DNA of 64,000 nucleotides from Fimbriosthenelais zetlandica (Eukaryota): the NCBI GenBank assembly GCA_977030845.1, contig OZ365113.1, positions 28,954,001-29,018,000 on the forward strand. The letters are read 5' to 3'. A model generated the notes under the pieces. That model saw only the letters and a program-made list of their open reading frames with translations, did no database searches and was not told where the DNA came from. Shown here one piece after another: positions 31,772 to 45,824 of this stretch. Numbering within the stretch: the first letter of the stretch is position 1; the number at the start of each line of letters is the position of its first letter. The position numbers were made by a program, and so were the translations under genes.

Positions 31772-34700
31772 GGACAACATAACTGCCACATGAACCATGA
31801 ATACAATTTACTCAATTAGATAAAACACAATCTTATCTCTCAGAATTATAATCAAGTGTTGCCAAGTCTTTTTATTAGAAAGTAGGCTAAGACTTAACTT
31901 CCCACAAATGAAATGACAGTGTTCAGAGGGTATAATTATGATAATTACAGTTCCTAATTATATTCCGTCGCAAATTTGAGTGAATACATCCATATCATTT
32001 GAGTTGTAGATTAGCCATGCAGAATATCGTAATGCAACCATCCCTGGGACTGAACTGAAGCCATACTGTGGTCGTCTACAGGAAAGAATTTGCTCCTGAC
32101 CTTATAAGTATTTTTTTTTTGCATTTTTGTTCTTTAGAAGGAACTCCTATGTATATAGGAAAACTGTACAGTATGTACTCTATTATGCTCTATATGAAAT
32201 ATTCGCAGCTCTGCTTATAATCCACGCCTGTCATACGACCAGCTGCTCTGAGCACCTCCCGCCTGCTCTTGACCCACTTGTTGAGTCGCTAATTACTCTG
32301 CGTATTGAGTATGGCACCCTTACAGCCAGAGCCAACAGCTACTCCCCCCTATACCCCAATCTTTAATAGGCTGAACCACTAATAATGTAATGGCGTATAA
32401 GCCTGAAGAATTAAGCACTAATGAGTCAGTGTCAGTATGTGTTAGTTTCCTAATTGTCAAACCTTGGTGAAAATGTCCTCAGGTTCTAAAGTCCCATGTA
32501 AACTAATCCCTTTTCATCGTGTAGCCCTACATCGGGCCTTCTCAAGATAAGTGCTGTGCATATCAGGAAAATGACTCGGTTGAAATAGGGCTTAACAAGT
32601 TTGCTTCACAACATTGCGTGTTTCAAATCATACTTTACTTCAAAATAAGCAATTACTTTTCCTGATGTACCTTTTAACATCAGAAGGCCGGAATTTATGT
32701 TTAATGCCTGTTCTTGCATCATGCATTATTCCTACTTCTGGAGCGTATTGCAGTGCCTAATGCCGACTAAATCCCCATTTTCCTTAAGTATTCCTCTGAT
32801 AGATATCTGGACCACTCCCTTAGCACTATATATAGGAACGGCAGCTCTATATACTGTATGGCAGTATAGTGGCACTAATAGCTTTCTAGCATATCATTTT
32901 ACATGTAAGCTAGTGGCTATTTGATGGGGCTAGCGTAATGGTGATTGGATTCCTATAAGCATGCAAGGAACCTTTCAAATAATAACTTCTTGGGTGGTAC
33001 TCGCTGATAATTCATCTTGGAATTCTGTCTGGATACTGATTAGATCTCCACTTATAGACTATTTTATGGTTATTGTTATCAGCATGTTTTATATAGAATG
33101 GATTAGTTTCTTATAGACACTTGCAAGAATCGCAAGGCAATGATCTCTAGTGTTAACTTAATTCAAATATCCGCTCATTTTAGATATCCACTAGATATTC
33201 ATGACTTGCAATTCTTGCAATGTTTCATAATGTCCTCTGGGTGCAGAATGCAGGCAGGCAGAACAAAGGGCCCTCTTCAAGCTGCCTTTTTAAAAAGTTA
33301 TTTGTGATTTCTTGTTTTTCATTTCTTCTGCTCGGGCGCAACATAATTTTGTTTTTACTGAGGTCAGAAAGAAAAATAATATATTTTTATATGGATGCCC
33401 TAAGATAATTTTTTGACCAGTGACTGGAGAACTGGGGACAGACTTTTGCTGAGTTCAGCTCTCTGATGAGCTGAGAGTCTTAAGACCTGGACCAGTTTTG
33501 CACAACAACCGCCCCCGCCCCCCCCCCGCCCTCCCCCACCCTCATCCCCCTCTTTGGCCAGAACTGGATCCATCCCTGCCAGCCTGTTTAGCTATTCCAA
33601 GTATTCATCTTACTTCCATATTACTGGACCCAGTAGGCTCTAACTTCAGCAGCCCGTATCTTAGCTATATGGTCTAACGAGCAACCTCAGTGGTCCCAAT
33701 CCTGAAGCAGAATCTGAATTAGCCACGTGAATACATATATACCTGAAAGTAGGGCCAGAAAATCCCCCAGGACTTCTAACTTCACTGTTATATTCTAAGT
33801 CATTACTTGTGATTTCTCTTTCAGTTTAAACTTTATACTTTAAAATCCTACATTGATATAGGTGGTATTAGGCTTGGTTCGGGTATCTATATCGGCCAAT
33901 GTAGAACCGATCATACATGCGTTTGCTTTTAGTATGACCAGCTCTAGATCCATGTCCTTAAGCCTGCACAGGCTGCAGAAATGTGTTACAGCCCATTTGG
34001 TTAGAACCACAGCTCATTCAGGGCGTTAACTTTGATCAGATGTTGAAAGTTCAATCCCCAAGCTGCCCAAAGCTTCCCTCCACAGGTGGCATGTATAATG
34101 TTCTATATAGCACACAGTTCTGAACTAGAGGAAATATTGGTTGCACTGAGGAATTGCAGACCTAATATATATAAATTTTATTATATATTCTTATTCAACC
34201 TGAACAGTCCATGTATGCAAACATTGCAAGATCCCCTTCAAAGTGTTGAATTCCATGGCAGGCAGGAGTTGCCATTTAAAAGCCTGACTAGCCTGATCTA
34301 ATCTATGGACACTTTGTAATGCTGCTGATCCTGCCACTCATTTATCTGCCATTTTTGTGTGTTGTAATGATTGTCGGGGTGTAATTGAGAAGGAAGGCTT
34401 CACATTGATATTCTGGTCAGGTGGCAAGTGATGATAGACCAATACATCGTTCAACCACCAGCTTCTGTTAATGGTATAAAACTGTCTCCTGACTACAATC
34501 ATTAAGGCCTTGGTTCACCGGAGTCTTAAAGGCTTAAAAGTGTCCACACACCAATCCAACAGACACCGACTGACCTTCAGTTTTCAGGCAAATGTTGATG
34601 TTCAGGCATTTTGAAATTTCTAAAATTTCCTGATTTTATTTCTTGACATTTTTTAACACATGAACTACATTCTCAATTGAGGTAATTATTATCTAGAGAA

Positions 34701-36939
34701 AATATAATGATTTAAAATGATTTGTAAAATTTATGCTCTAAAAAATTGCCTATTTTCTTCAAGTTATCTGCCACCTTTAAGAACTCGGTGCATGTTTGCT
34801 ATAATGGACACATATCACTCGGGGGGCTGTCTTCTTGGGCATAAAAGATCTTCTGACTGTGGGCAACCATTAAGAGATGACATGGCACACTTAAAACCCC
34901 ACAAAAGCCGCTCTTCATATGAGGTTTTCATATCCCTCAATGATGAATGCCTTCAATTCTGTCAGTGCATGCTCTTGGGTGCAAAGCAGTTCATAGTGCA
35001 AAGCAGTTCATAAGCTCCTTCCAGATTTTCAGCTGGTTGCTCCTTCATCCATCTATAGGTGCATGGAACCCTAAGTGCACTGAGCTGATGATGTGATAGA
35101 AAAACACCCCAAGACAGTTCAGGGTTTGAACCCTTCACCTTTGTCTTCGTGATCTTAGTAATTTGTCCAGGGACCAAAACCTTGTGTTGATACTGGAACC
35201 TGCACAGTCGACCTAAATTTAATTTTGTTCAAGTTTTGTTCCAATGACAATATTGTCATTTCCCAAGATTAATAATGGAAATACTACCACAAGAACTCAT
35301 GCAATTTATGCACCAAGCCAACTGGCCGGTCGATTTATTCCATTCCATAAAATCAACAGATGAAATTGTGTGGGTATTTTTTGTTAAAAGGGCCAATCCC
35401 TCGGTTAACTAATTTTCCCCATGAACTTAACATGGGATTAACAAAGAAATACAGGCCCCAGGTGGGTGTGAGCCTGTTGATAATCGTAAGAAATAAATCT
35501 CTACTACATGGTGTTTTCTCTAACTATGGATGGATTATAAAGACATTGGCAGGTCATACAAAGATCCGATCTCACACCCCACCAAGGCTACCACAAGCCT
35601 GGGGTCTGAGACATGTGTCAGCCAAGATGGCCCCGGCCTAATAAGATTGTACAAGCTGATGTATTGGGTGGCTTTCCACGGGCCAGCCCAAGTGTAAACT
35701 GTACATAGATCAGAGTATAAGGCAGATTAGGCCTGACCGACCCCTTCTTATAGCTTTGTCATACAAGATGCTGGAATAATTGGAGTTGGGCCAGATTGGG
35801 CATCTATTGTATGGTGGCTGGGGTCGATAGCCATGAGGTGGTTGGTTGCAAACGTCTGCAAGCTATATATAGGCCACACTTGATCAAGTTCTCACCAATA
35901 TTCCGAGACATAACCATATTTGATGGATCCATGTCACCTCAGGAAACCTATAACATGGTTCCTTGTTTTGGACATTGTATGTACTTGTATGTTCTTTGAA
36001 TATCAGATATCACGATTTTATTGCATTCCAAATACTGTTTCCTTAAGTCAAGATTAATTTTTAAGTAGATTTTGTGACAATTAAACTTAAAAACATAAAT
36101 AATGCAGTAAAATTAATAGACTTTCAGGCTCCAACCTTTCAGCTTCCATTCATAGGAAATCCCTGTGGAGCCTTTTGAATTGTCTGCCTGACATTTAACT
36201 CCCCTTACCCAGTTTACACTTTACTTGATGAATGGCTGAACCTTACGTCCAATGTGCCCATGATTTTGATTACCTTAGGGGAAATTATGTAATTGCTGAA
36301 GAATGACCATTGAGGAATTTCACCTACAATAACATTGTTCATAATCCCCATAGATCTGATATGGGCAAATGTTGCTATTTCTTGCTATTTCCAAGGACCA
36401 AACTAGGAATAATCTAATTTTAGGATCTGTAGGAGTAATGTGGGTAAGAATAATTTCCACATAGCCTAGGGCTAGTTTCCATTTTGTCTCAATTTCCAGA
36501 AAGATATTTCGTAGATACTTCTATATGACTAAATGCCTTTCCCAAAAATTGCTTTCTGATACAAGAAATCTTATGACACCTACACGCTTTTATTAGCCAA
36601 ATTTAGTCTGTCGCACAATGGGAACCGCCTTGCGTATCAAATGCCAACATGGCAACTGTGCACATTCCAGGATTTCATAATTACATATATATGGAGACAG
36701 CCTCACCTGAGGCTAAACTAATTATCTATTGAGATGTCCCTGACAGTATATTATTGTAGAAGGTTGTATTAATATAGAAAGGACTATAATAAGAGTTCGT
36801 TATATATGTACAAGGTAAAAGGCGGGAGGATTTGACACATGCTATAGAGCACCAGCACATTGCAGGGGTCACCAATAGACAGTCGCGTCAGTTGGCCAGG
36901 AAGGAAAAACATGCTACGCAAGGTTCTTTTACATGCCTC

Positions 36940-37200
36940 TCACCACAGTGGATGGGAGACATGGCTTCATGGTCTCTGATATCCTAGTTAGCAGCACTGT
37001 GTGGAGAACAATAGCGAATTTGGAGAATGCTTCAAAGTGTTGGCTTGGTGTGTGAGGGCCTTCATGGGATTGTCTAGCGTTATTGCCGACCTTTGTATTT
37101 ATCTGATGATTGGGGTGAGGCAGTTGATGGACTAGTTGTATTGAATAATCTGACCATTATGCCGGTACTGTGGTCTTAATTAAGATAAGGCCTCCATATT
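36940..37200 (-). mobile_element. Decayed LINE C-terminal remnant
   Basis: RQSHEGPHTPSQHFEAFSKF…CLPSTVV resembles the 'TRQSH…FF.RT…WN.LP.TVV' end of CR1/L2-type ORF2. Confidence 0.4.
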
Positions 37201-39099
37201 AGACACACCCTACACCGGCCAATGTCTAAAATTTTGTCCAATATGGAAATCGGGGATAATTTAGTCATAAATATTTTCAAAAATACAACTCTAGGGAACA
37301 ATAATGTTAATAACATTAATGTTTCACTGCATTGTTATAATATTATGCCAAATGTTGAAAATTAAAAATTATTATGGAGAGAGACCGAGAGAGTTCTAAA
37401 ATCGGGATCTAAAATAATTTAAAATCAGATTTGATTTTGTTTTCCAAGCGTACGTAATGCATTGCTGGCCTAATGTTCACCAGGCTGTGGGTCTTTATAT
37501 TACCATATTAAGCATGATTTAACATGTAGATGTGTCCGTGTAGGGGATGGTAAATTTCCAATCCAAGCCGTGTAAATCATTCCTATCTTAATGCGATCTC
37601 TGAATGAAGCGTGAAGCTGCCAGACTGGCCACAAAACGCTCTGCTACGACGAGGCGAATTTCTCATACACCAATCCGACAGTCGCCGACAACCAACCGTC
37701 AGATTTTGGAGCTTTCTCTCATAATTATTTCATTTGTAGGGAGGCCCCCGTTTATTATTTATTATTATTACGATTATTTATTATTTTTAATATCGGACTA
37801 ATACAAATATGCGTTTCATTACACAATTGTGTATTAAACATTTGGGGGCGTAATTCAATAAATCCATGTCATGTCAAATCGAAAATGGTGGTCCGGCCAA
37901 CATGGTTGTCAAGCAAGTCAATTTGGCCTAACTTTGTTCGATCTATTTCGGTAATTTCTTTAAAAAAAAATTTAAAAAAATATTTTAAAACCGCAGGGGA
38001 CCATCGAATAAAAACTAAACGCCAGGGATGGGGATGAACTCGCTACTCAAAAAATGCATTACTCAACTCGCTGACAGTAATGGTTCACCCTGGCGTTGTG
38101 TTATAATATTCATCTTTTGCAGCTTTGTTACATGGTACAAATATAAGGGCTACAGCACCGATAAGCCGGCGATTTGCCTAATCCTTACCCATCTCCCACT
38201 CTTAATCCGAGGCATTAGCAAGCGTTAAGGACCACTGATCAAGAAAGCTTGATGCCAGACTCTAGAAGGACCCTTGTAATGGGCTCTGTTGGAGCATAGC
38301 TGGAAAATCCAATTCCCAGAGCTGTGCCATTCTACCTAATCAAAGAGTATGTATACAGGCAACGGCTGGAAAGTGCTCCCCAAGAGATCCCGGCCAAAAA
38401 GATTAAATTCTGAGTTGTGCCACATGTGAGTTTCATCTGAGGGGGATGAAGATAAAACATTCATAAATTCAAACCAAATTGACAGATTTTTGGAGCAAAA
38501 CATATATATTCTAGGTCGATAGATGTGTGGATGGATATTATATTTCAGTTTGCATAAATGGACGGGTAGATAGATTGAGAATATGGCAGGTTGAGAACAA
38601 ATCTGAACAGATGGTCGTTTGTTGGTCAGATTGATTAAAGGAGATAGAACCTTATATCTTTCAAAGCCCCAATTTATTTATCTTTCAACTTATTTTAATA
38701 TAGTTTCCCTTTTTCCAATCAATGAGAAATTTAATAAATATATTGCATAGATCTGATAATGTCAAAAACCCCATTTAATTCGATATGTCTTAGGTGAGGA
38801 GGACCTCGACAAAACTTTATTTATTTCTGTTTTGCCCTGAGAGAAGCATGAAGTGTGGATGGCAGCGAGTGTCCCTTGGCTCTCGGGAGTCCAGAGATAC
38901 AGATGCTGGCTGGTTGATAAGCCCTGTTTCCAGGAAGGACCGCTTCTTTTCAGAAGTAAAAGGTCTGGAGGTGCCGTCTTAATAGAGGTTGTGCTCCTTT
39001 GGGATGAGACACGCAGGTTAGTGGGATGGACTGACTGGGGAAGTCAATACATAGGAACCTACCATTGGGGGGCTTGTTTGAAACAAACATTTGCAGAGT

Positions 39100-39292
39100 A
39101 CTGGCGAACATTTATAATGAATTCCAAATGTTCAAGCTCCTGAGTCCAACAAGACCGGTTTTTGGAAGAAGGCAGTTGCAGAACAAGGCGAAAATGATGC
39201 ATTCAAAGTGTTCAAGCACCAGCAAAACCGGTTTTTTGATGCAGACAGTTGCAGAAAATGATGCATTCCAAATGTTCAAGCACGTCCAAGTT
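39100..39292. repeat. Degenerate ~65-75-bp tandem repeat x3
   Basis: aatga(tgc)attccaaatgttcaagc..c recurs three times. Confidence 0.7.
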
Positions 39293-40199
39293 CGTTCGTG
39301 TTGATAATGTCTGCATTATAGCATACTACATATATACCGGTGATTGTACAACCATAGGCTAAAGCGTTGTTGTGCAACACAGCCATGATATTATAAGGAA
39401 GTCGTATACATGTACATCTACAGAAATATATTGAATTTGTAAGGTAGGCCTATATATTTGGCTCGGTATGATTTGGCTTAACGCAAGCAAAATATAACAT
39501 TATCCGGGCAGATTTCAAAATTCAAAATGCACCAGAAAAACATGAAATTTTATTCCCAATCTAGGTGTAAAGCGACACTTTAAAAGTAAGACATGTTTTA
39601 GTGATTGGAGGCTCATCTTCTTTTCTGTAATGCTAGAAGGTTCCGGGCAGAGATCAAATTTTAACCGAGATAGACTTTATAAAACTCTGCTGACAATACT
39701 GACTGAGAACTATGTTTTCCACAAAGTTTTAATTTGAATCTAGCAAATCAAATGTGGCAGAGATCTACCAGAACAGGTTGGGCAGATGCACAATTGAATT
39801 GGCCGCTACTAATCACTTTGCCTCGTGCTAATCAGTTTAAATTCAGAGCACTTGACAGCCTGAGTCGGAGCTATAATGAATTCCAACTGAAAACAGCACC
39901 TCTAGAGAGAATAAGTTGGCAGAACTGGATCTTGGAAATGACAGACCGACATGTTTAAGCAGTGTGTGAAATTAGAAGTGTGCCATGCATGCACTATCCT
40001 GCAGTTTACGACTTTTGCCCAAGCCACACTGGTATCCTGAGTTTAGATATTTCATTTGATGAAAAATTTGTATGATTTGTCCAAGTTCATATAGAACTAC
40101 AGTTGTGTCATCGTAACTGAAGATGATCTATACATGTACTAGTAATTTGATGAACCCCTGCCGCCTCTTTGACCTAAAATTTGCATTTTTTGACCCAGA

Positions 40200-40720
40200 T
40201 TCTAGGTTGGGCATTGGCTGGGAATATCAGCGAATCGCAGTTTAGACCTCATAGTAAGTTCCAGTGGCCATGTGTAAGGTGCTGCCAAAAATACGAGCAT
40301 TGGAGCATTGACATATTGAGAGCCAAAAGGGTGACAGCGTTGCTTTAAACCTTGAAATCTCTGGCTCTGACTTTGCTTTAACTTAATAAAAAGGTTCCCC
40401 GGACGGAGCCCTTCTCTGATTCTCATCTACTCGGTATTCCATGATTTCTTTGCCTCAAACAAGGACTGCTAGTGCAAAGTGGTGTTTGATTACACGACCC
40501 GTTGGTCCACACTGCAGCTGGAGCATACTAACTGGGTGGTCTGCATAGTGTTCAGGGGCAAATGCTTCTTCTCTACTATATAGGAACTTCAAGTGACAGC
40601 AAAAGGGTGCCAAATAGAACAACATAAAGCAGGGATGTACCTCATTGGTTGTCTGGGTTGTCCCAACAACACAATTATTTCCTATGGTCAACCTGGATAA
40701 ACCGAGGGACAAGCTAATGT
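40200..40720 (-). mobile_element. Decayed LINE ORF2 remnant
   Basis: TLCRPPS*YAPAAVW resembles 'TLVRP.LEYA..VW'; frameshifted. Confidence 0.45.
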
Positions 40721-42519
40721 GGAAGAGAAATTACTGAGTTTTGAACAACAACCTAAATTTCCTGCGGAAAACCTTGGTCCGGGAAGCCGGACAACCCATA
40801 AAAAGTAGATTCATCCGCGAAAGGTAAATGTAAAATAATAAAAATAATGCAATTTACCCTTGATGAAATGGCCAACACATTTTAGAAGGCCGAGTAGGAT
40901 ATTTTCCTTTCGCCTACCCCAGATACCCCCAGAGAAAACCACTCCACTGTAGAACAAACCAGACTTCTTCTTACAAGTTACCATGGAAACCAACCTATTG
41001 AATTTCCCTAAACGGGGAATTCTGTTTGTTATGCAAAGTGGCCGGAGAAGTTACCTGAACATTTAACTTAAAACCATCATAATGGTCCGATTCCTGTGGC
41101 ACTTAATGTCTTCTTTTTACTTTCTTTTTTTTAAAACTTCAGTTGAAATGTTTGACGCACTTTTAGGAAAGAGAATGTCCTCCTCGCATTGATTTGTATC
41201 TGGAATGAATAATTGGCCGGCAAATTAAATGGAATGCCCTTGGCCACGGAGAATACCAAATTTCATTTGCTTTTCGATTTTCCAAAACTTTTAGCCATTT
41301 TTGGTTTCTCACTTTATCCTAATACCTCGTAAATAATCAATTTCCCTTAAGATATATCTTTAAAAATCAAATATTTTTATTGATTGACAATATCTTCTAT
41401 AATATAATTATGCCCTTGACAATGGAAGATTCAAACGAAAAACAGGTTCCAGACATTAGAGACGGTTGCCTGGCACAATTTAGGAGGATAAAATAACTCC
41501 ACCTGTCCACAACTCAATAAACTGACACTATGAAATTGGAAGTTGATGATCAGGTGCACAAAGGTAGAGTTTGTATGTCCCAATTATTTGGCAAGGACTT
41601 CAGAAGTGTAGGCCTAACTTGAATGTTGCCTTTTAAGTGGAAAGTCCCGAGGCATTGCATCCGGCTGTGTCAGTAAATATCTCCGTCTAGCCATAATATT
41701 CAAGTTGGTCCACACCAAGCCGACCAAAAGACAGATGAACATTTTGTATAAATGGGCCGAACACCCGATGTTGTATCATGGGCCATATCATATCATAGCA
41801 TTATGGGCCATATCTCTAGTCTTCTTGGATGTGCCTCGGTAAAAAACGTAAAACAGCGGCATGTGTAGACATTATAACAAGTCAATAATTATTTCCTCAT
41901 TGCTATCTATATAGTAGGAATGTTCTGGTTCTGTCTGCCTGCAAACCAATTATGAAATGATAGAACTCTACCCACTCGGAAGGTCGGTTAACGTCCATTG
42001 GTCATAGAACCTGTATAGTAACTATACTTGTGTATTGTAACAAAATGTACATGTACATTTAAAAGAACATTCTAACAGAAACAACTAAGATAATTCATTT
42101 CTTCCTAGTGATATACACGGCTTTTTTCTTCGTCATTCCCTTCTTTTATTAAAACACTTTATCTCGGAACAATATGAATACAACCCATGAAAGGAGATAT
42201 ACGTCCTGGAGTAATTGGGAAGCAAATCTCCAACCAACAATATTCACTTTTAATGATGACAAATGCAGTTTAAAAAATCTCCTCTTAGATAGACTGGCTT
42301 CATCTCTTGCCTCATTCCTATGCACTCCCAATATCCACTTCTTGCTGATAGTGGAGATGTTTTTCATCCACTTAATTCCTAGTGCCATATGAGGATTCTT
42401 TTATGGAATTAAAGGGAGAAAAAACTTGCTCCGAAAGAGGCACCTGGGTTCTCCAAGATTAGGTACTTTGTAAACCATCGATCGGTCTCAGAATTGTCTC
42501 AGAATTGGCCCATGAAAAT

Positions 42520-42650
42520 GCCTTGGTCTGCCCGGGCATTGAACAGTCAACCCTTCCATCTGAAGTAACCCCCTTGATGGGCTAGTGCTCTCACTGACTG
42601 AATAAACCCCTGAATGACCTGGTGCTCTCACCGACTGAGCTAACTCCATC
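42520..42650 (-). mobile_element. tRNA-derived SINE head with duplicated A-box unit
   Basis: GGAGTTAGCTCAGTCGGTGAGAGCACCAGGTCATTCAGGGG, a second diverged unit, then B-box-like GTTCAATGCCCGG. Confidence 0.6.
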
Positions 42651-43274
42651 CCACTTTAGCCTCAAATGCGACCGAATGCAGCTACACATTATTAATATGA
42701 TTATAGACAATACACAGTGCTCTCTTCCCACTTTGAACTTCCGCTACATTTTATGCATTCTTAGAAGAAGCAACCATTCGCCTTTATCAAGAAATTCCGT
42801 TTTTCTCCTTCAGTGATTAAAAAAAAAAGCTTTTATCAACATTGGATTCTGGATGGGGGCAGAGTTGGGGGAGGGTATTGTTTATAATCCATTGGGGATC
42901 TTTGTGATAAATTTCTGTGTTTTTTCCGATGGGCTTGGTGGATGAAAGGGCTTTGAAGTGATGGACTGAAAGCAAGATCTACTAGGCCTTTGGTAGTAGC
43001 GAGCGGGGCAGCTTCATGGACAGATTCCAATACTAAAAGACAGGTCAAATAAATCTGTCCAGTCTGTCTTCGATGTTTTGGTTTTATGCTGGTTCATGCC
43101 ATACGAAGGCCAGCTATAACCTATAGGTCTCCCATTGGCGAGGGTGAGAGGGATAGGTGTATGCTTTGGGTCTATTTTACCAGTATAGATCCATGTATTT
43201 TTACTTACATATTTTAATGAACCGCCTTTCACATTTCAGGTAAGTGTTCCTAATGACGTCCTTAACTCAATCAA

Positions 43275-43342
43275 CCCGAGACCCGAGTTAAACCGGGTTT
43301 CCTGCCATTTCATATAGCCCGAGACCCGAGTTAAACCGGGTT
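43275..43342. repeat. 25-bp direct repeat x2 (cccgagacccgagttaaaccgggtt)
   Basis: Copies at 43275 and 43318; probably a subterminal repeat of a transposon. Confidence 0.8.
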
Positions 43343-45680
43343 AATTAATATTTATTAGTTACGACGTCATGATCAATAAAATTCTCTTTCTGGAATAATT
43401 TTTTTTACAAAATATTTGACTGATATCTATCCCGATTTGTTTTTGTGTTTGTAGGATGTTTCAAGTCCATTTTCTAAAAATATTTTCTTGATTTATTTTA
43501 GTATTTTCCCTTTTTATATTAATTATACCTAATAATCCATTAGTTATCAAAATGCTGCAAAATATCTAATGTGCCAATTTTAGGGTTCTGAATTTATCCC
43601 TTTAACAGAATATTCCCCACAAGAGAACATATTGTATGCTATTATAAGTCTTCTTATTTATTTTGTCCATGTGACAAATATTAATTTACAATTTATTAAA
43701 ATGTTATTCAATAATATGACTGGATGAACAGCTTTGTTGAGATTTTCGATTTTTTCTGATTTCTGGGAATCCTGTTGTCATAGCAACAGATACCCTGGTT
43801 GACATGGCGAACAGATTTGTGTTCAGTGCAAAATGTTAATATTTTTATAAGTTTTTTACTTGAGATAACTAAAAATTCAAACATTCAGGAGTTTAGTATA
43901 ACCATTGATTCATGACATAACTTGAAATATGGTGAATTTCCTTGAAATTCCTCAGGGTACAACGACTTGTCCCATCGAAATTCTTCAGGGTTGATTGAGT
44001 TAAGGCAAGAATGAAATTTTTAAAGGTAGGAAACTCATTAAGGCATAAAATCCGCTTCATATACCTGTCAATTATAATCCGCTACATATACCTGTCAATT
44101 ATTACTGGGAAGTGGGTTTGCTACTTTCACCAGAAGCCATCAGATATAATTAGCGATGCACAAATGTGTCATAGGCAGCTCTATATAATAAAAAATAGGA
44201 CAGTATTTTAAAGTATAGAAAATAGGCCTACATTAGGCCCTAAAGTGGAATCAATTTCTGCTTACATCATCTAGCTTTGAAATATGGGGAAAATAATCAT
44301 AGAAATTAGTATAGATGACAACTTTCTTTGTATCTTGATGCACGAATGTGTGCAATAAAATGTACAAAATATAAATAATTATTTGCAAAATGCACAATAT
44401 TTTTGTGCAAAATGTACACTATATCTATCGGGCTTACATAGAATGTACAATACTCATTTGCAGAGTTTGCAATATTTACGTGCGATATTTCTCTTGCACC
44501 TATAACGGGTAAAAGACTGGCAGAAACACCGACAGACACACAATCAAGAGAATTGATTGAACATGTTCACAAGTCTCTCTCGGCTACACCCATTGACCTA
44601 TACAGGACCCACTCAGCCCCCAACCCTCCTACATCCAGCCCCACCTCGACCTCCACCCCATCCTCCCATCCACAATCCTCCCTCACCTCCCAAATACCAG
44701 CTCCACCCCCTTCTCCAGCCCCATCCACTCCCACCCTACCCGAACACATCCCCTCCTCCCCCCCCCCCCTCCCACCCTCCCCTCACCTCACACCCCCACT
44801 TTCCTAAAACACCAAATGAAGCTGGCTCAATGAGAACAGCTCATGATCTCCATCCACTCATCAAACTGAGCTGCTCACTGTTTTTTTTACCTCATTCCCT
44901 GAGCACCTCCAGCAAATCCATTCACCCCACTCATACCATCGTTGTTCCCACAGAACCACTGTCAATGATAACGGCTTTTTTTTGCTTTAACATAACTGCC
45001 ATGGCCTGGCATTTTACAAGCAATCAGTGATCAACTTGTCCTTTATTTTTGTAAATTCCAAAGTTCAGTGTACATTAGAATTTTATGATGATGTGTACAT
45101 AGCTGCACGTTTTCAATTAATGGAAGCTAAAAGCTTAAAAACGGCAATTCTTGATTGTTTTCTTTCTGTTTGGCCGTAGTTGCCAGATACATTAGAGAAA
45201 ATGGCAAATAAATATGTCATGAATGCTTTATGGGCTACTTTGGCTCTAAATGCAATCAATATTTGGGAGAGAATTCAAGAGATCTATAGTATATAATTAC
45301 GTCAGAAATTATGATAGGCTGTTCTAGTACAGTCACCATATTTGTCGTTGAAACTTGAAAGGTTTAATTCATATCCCGCTATGTTACCTTACATGTTATT
45401 GTAGCCACCACGATGATTATTTCTGTGGGATTGCCTGTTTCCTCCTATGTGATATATAGATTATTGTCTGCTAATTGGTTCTTCTACACGCCCCACTATT
45501 ATCGCCATCAGACTAATGTCTCTTTCTCATCCCATGCTTGTCATGTCGTTTATCTCCCCCTCTCTATTACTCCCTCATGATATGGAGATGGGCAAATCTC
45601 AATCTCTTATCTCACCTCTGATCCCATCCCCACATTAACACTAGGTGCTAATAACAATATCCAAGATCCATGCCAGAATC

Positions 45681-45824
45681 NNNNNNNNNNNNNNNNNNNN
45701 NNNNNNNNNNNNNNNNNNNNNNNNNNNNNNNNNNNNNNNNNNNNNNNNNNNNNNNNNNNNNNNNNNNNNNNNNNNNNNNNNNNNNNNNNNNNNNNNNNNN
45801 NNNNNNNNNNNNNNNNNNNNNNNN
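45681..45824. other. Assembly gap (144 N)
   Basis: Run of n flanked by pyrimidine-rich low-complexity DNA. Confidence 1.

Noticed and set aside
36997-37116. Hydrophobic + frame (…FKVLAWCVRAFMGLSSVIADLCIYLMIG|gtgagg) as MARVEL exon 2
   Set aside because: The acceptor is weak, it has no MARVEL motifs, and it is better explained as antisense to a LINE remnant.
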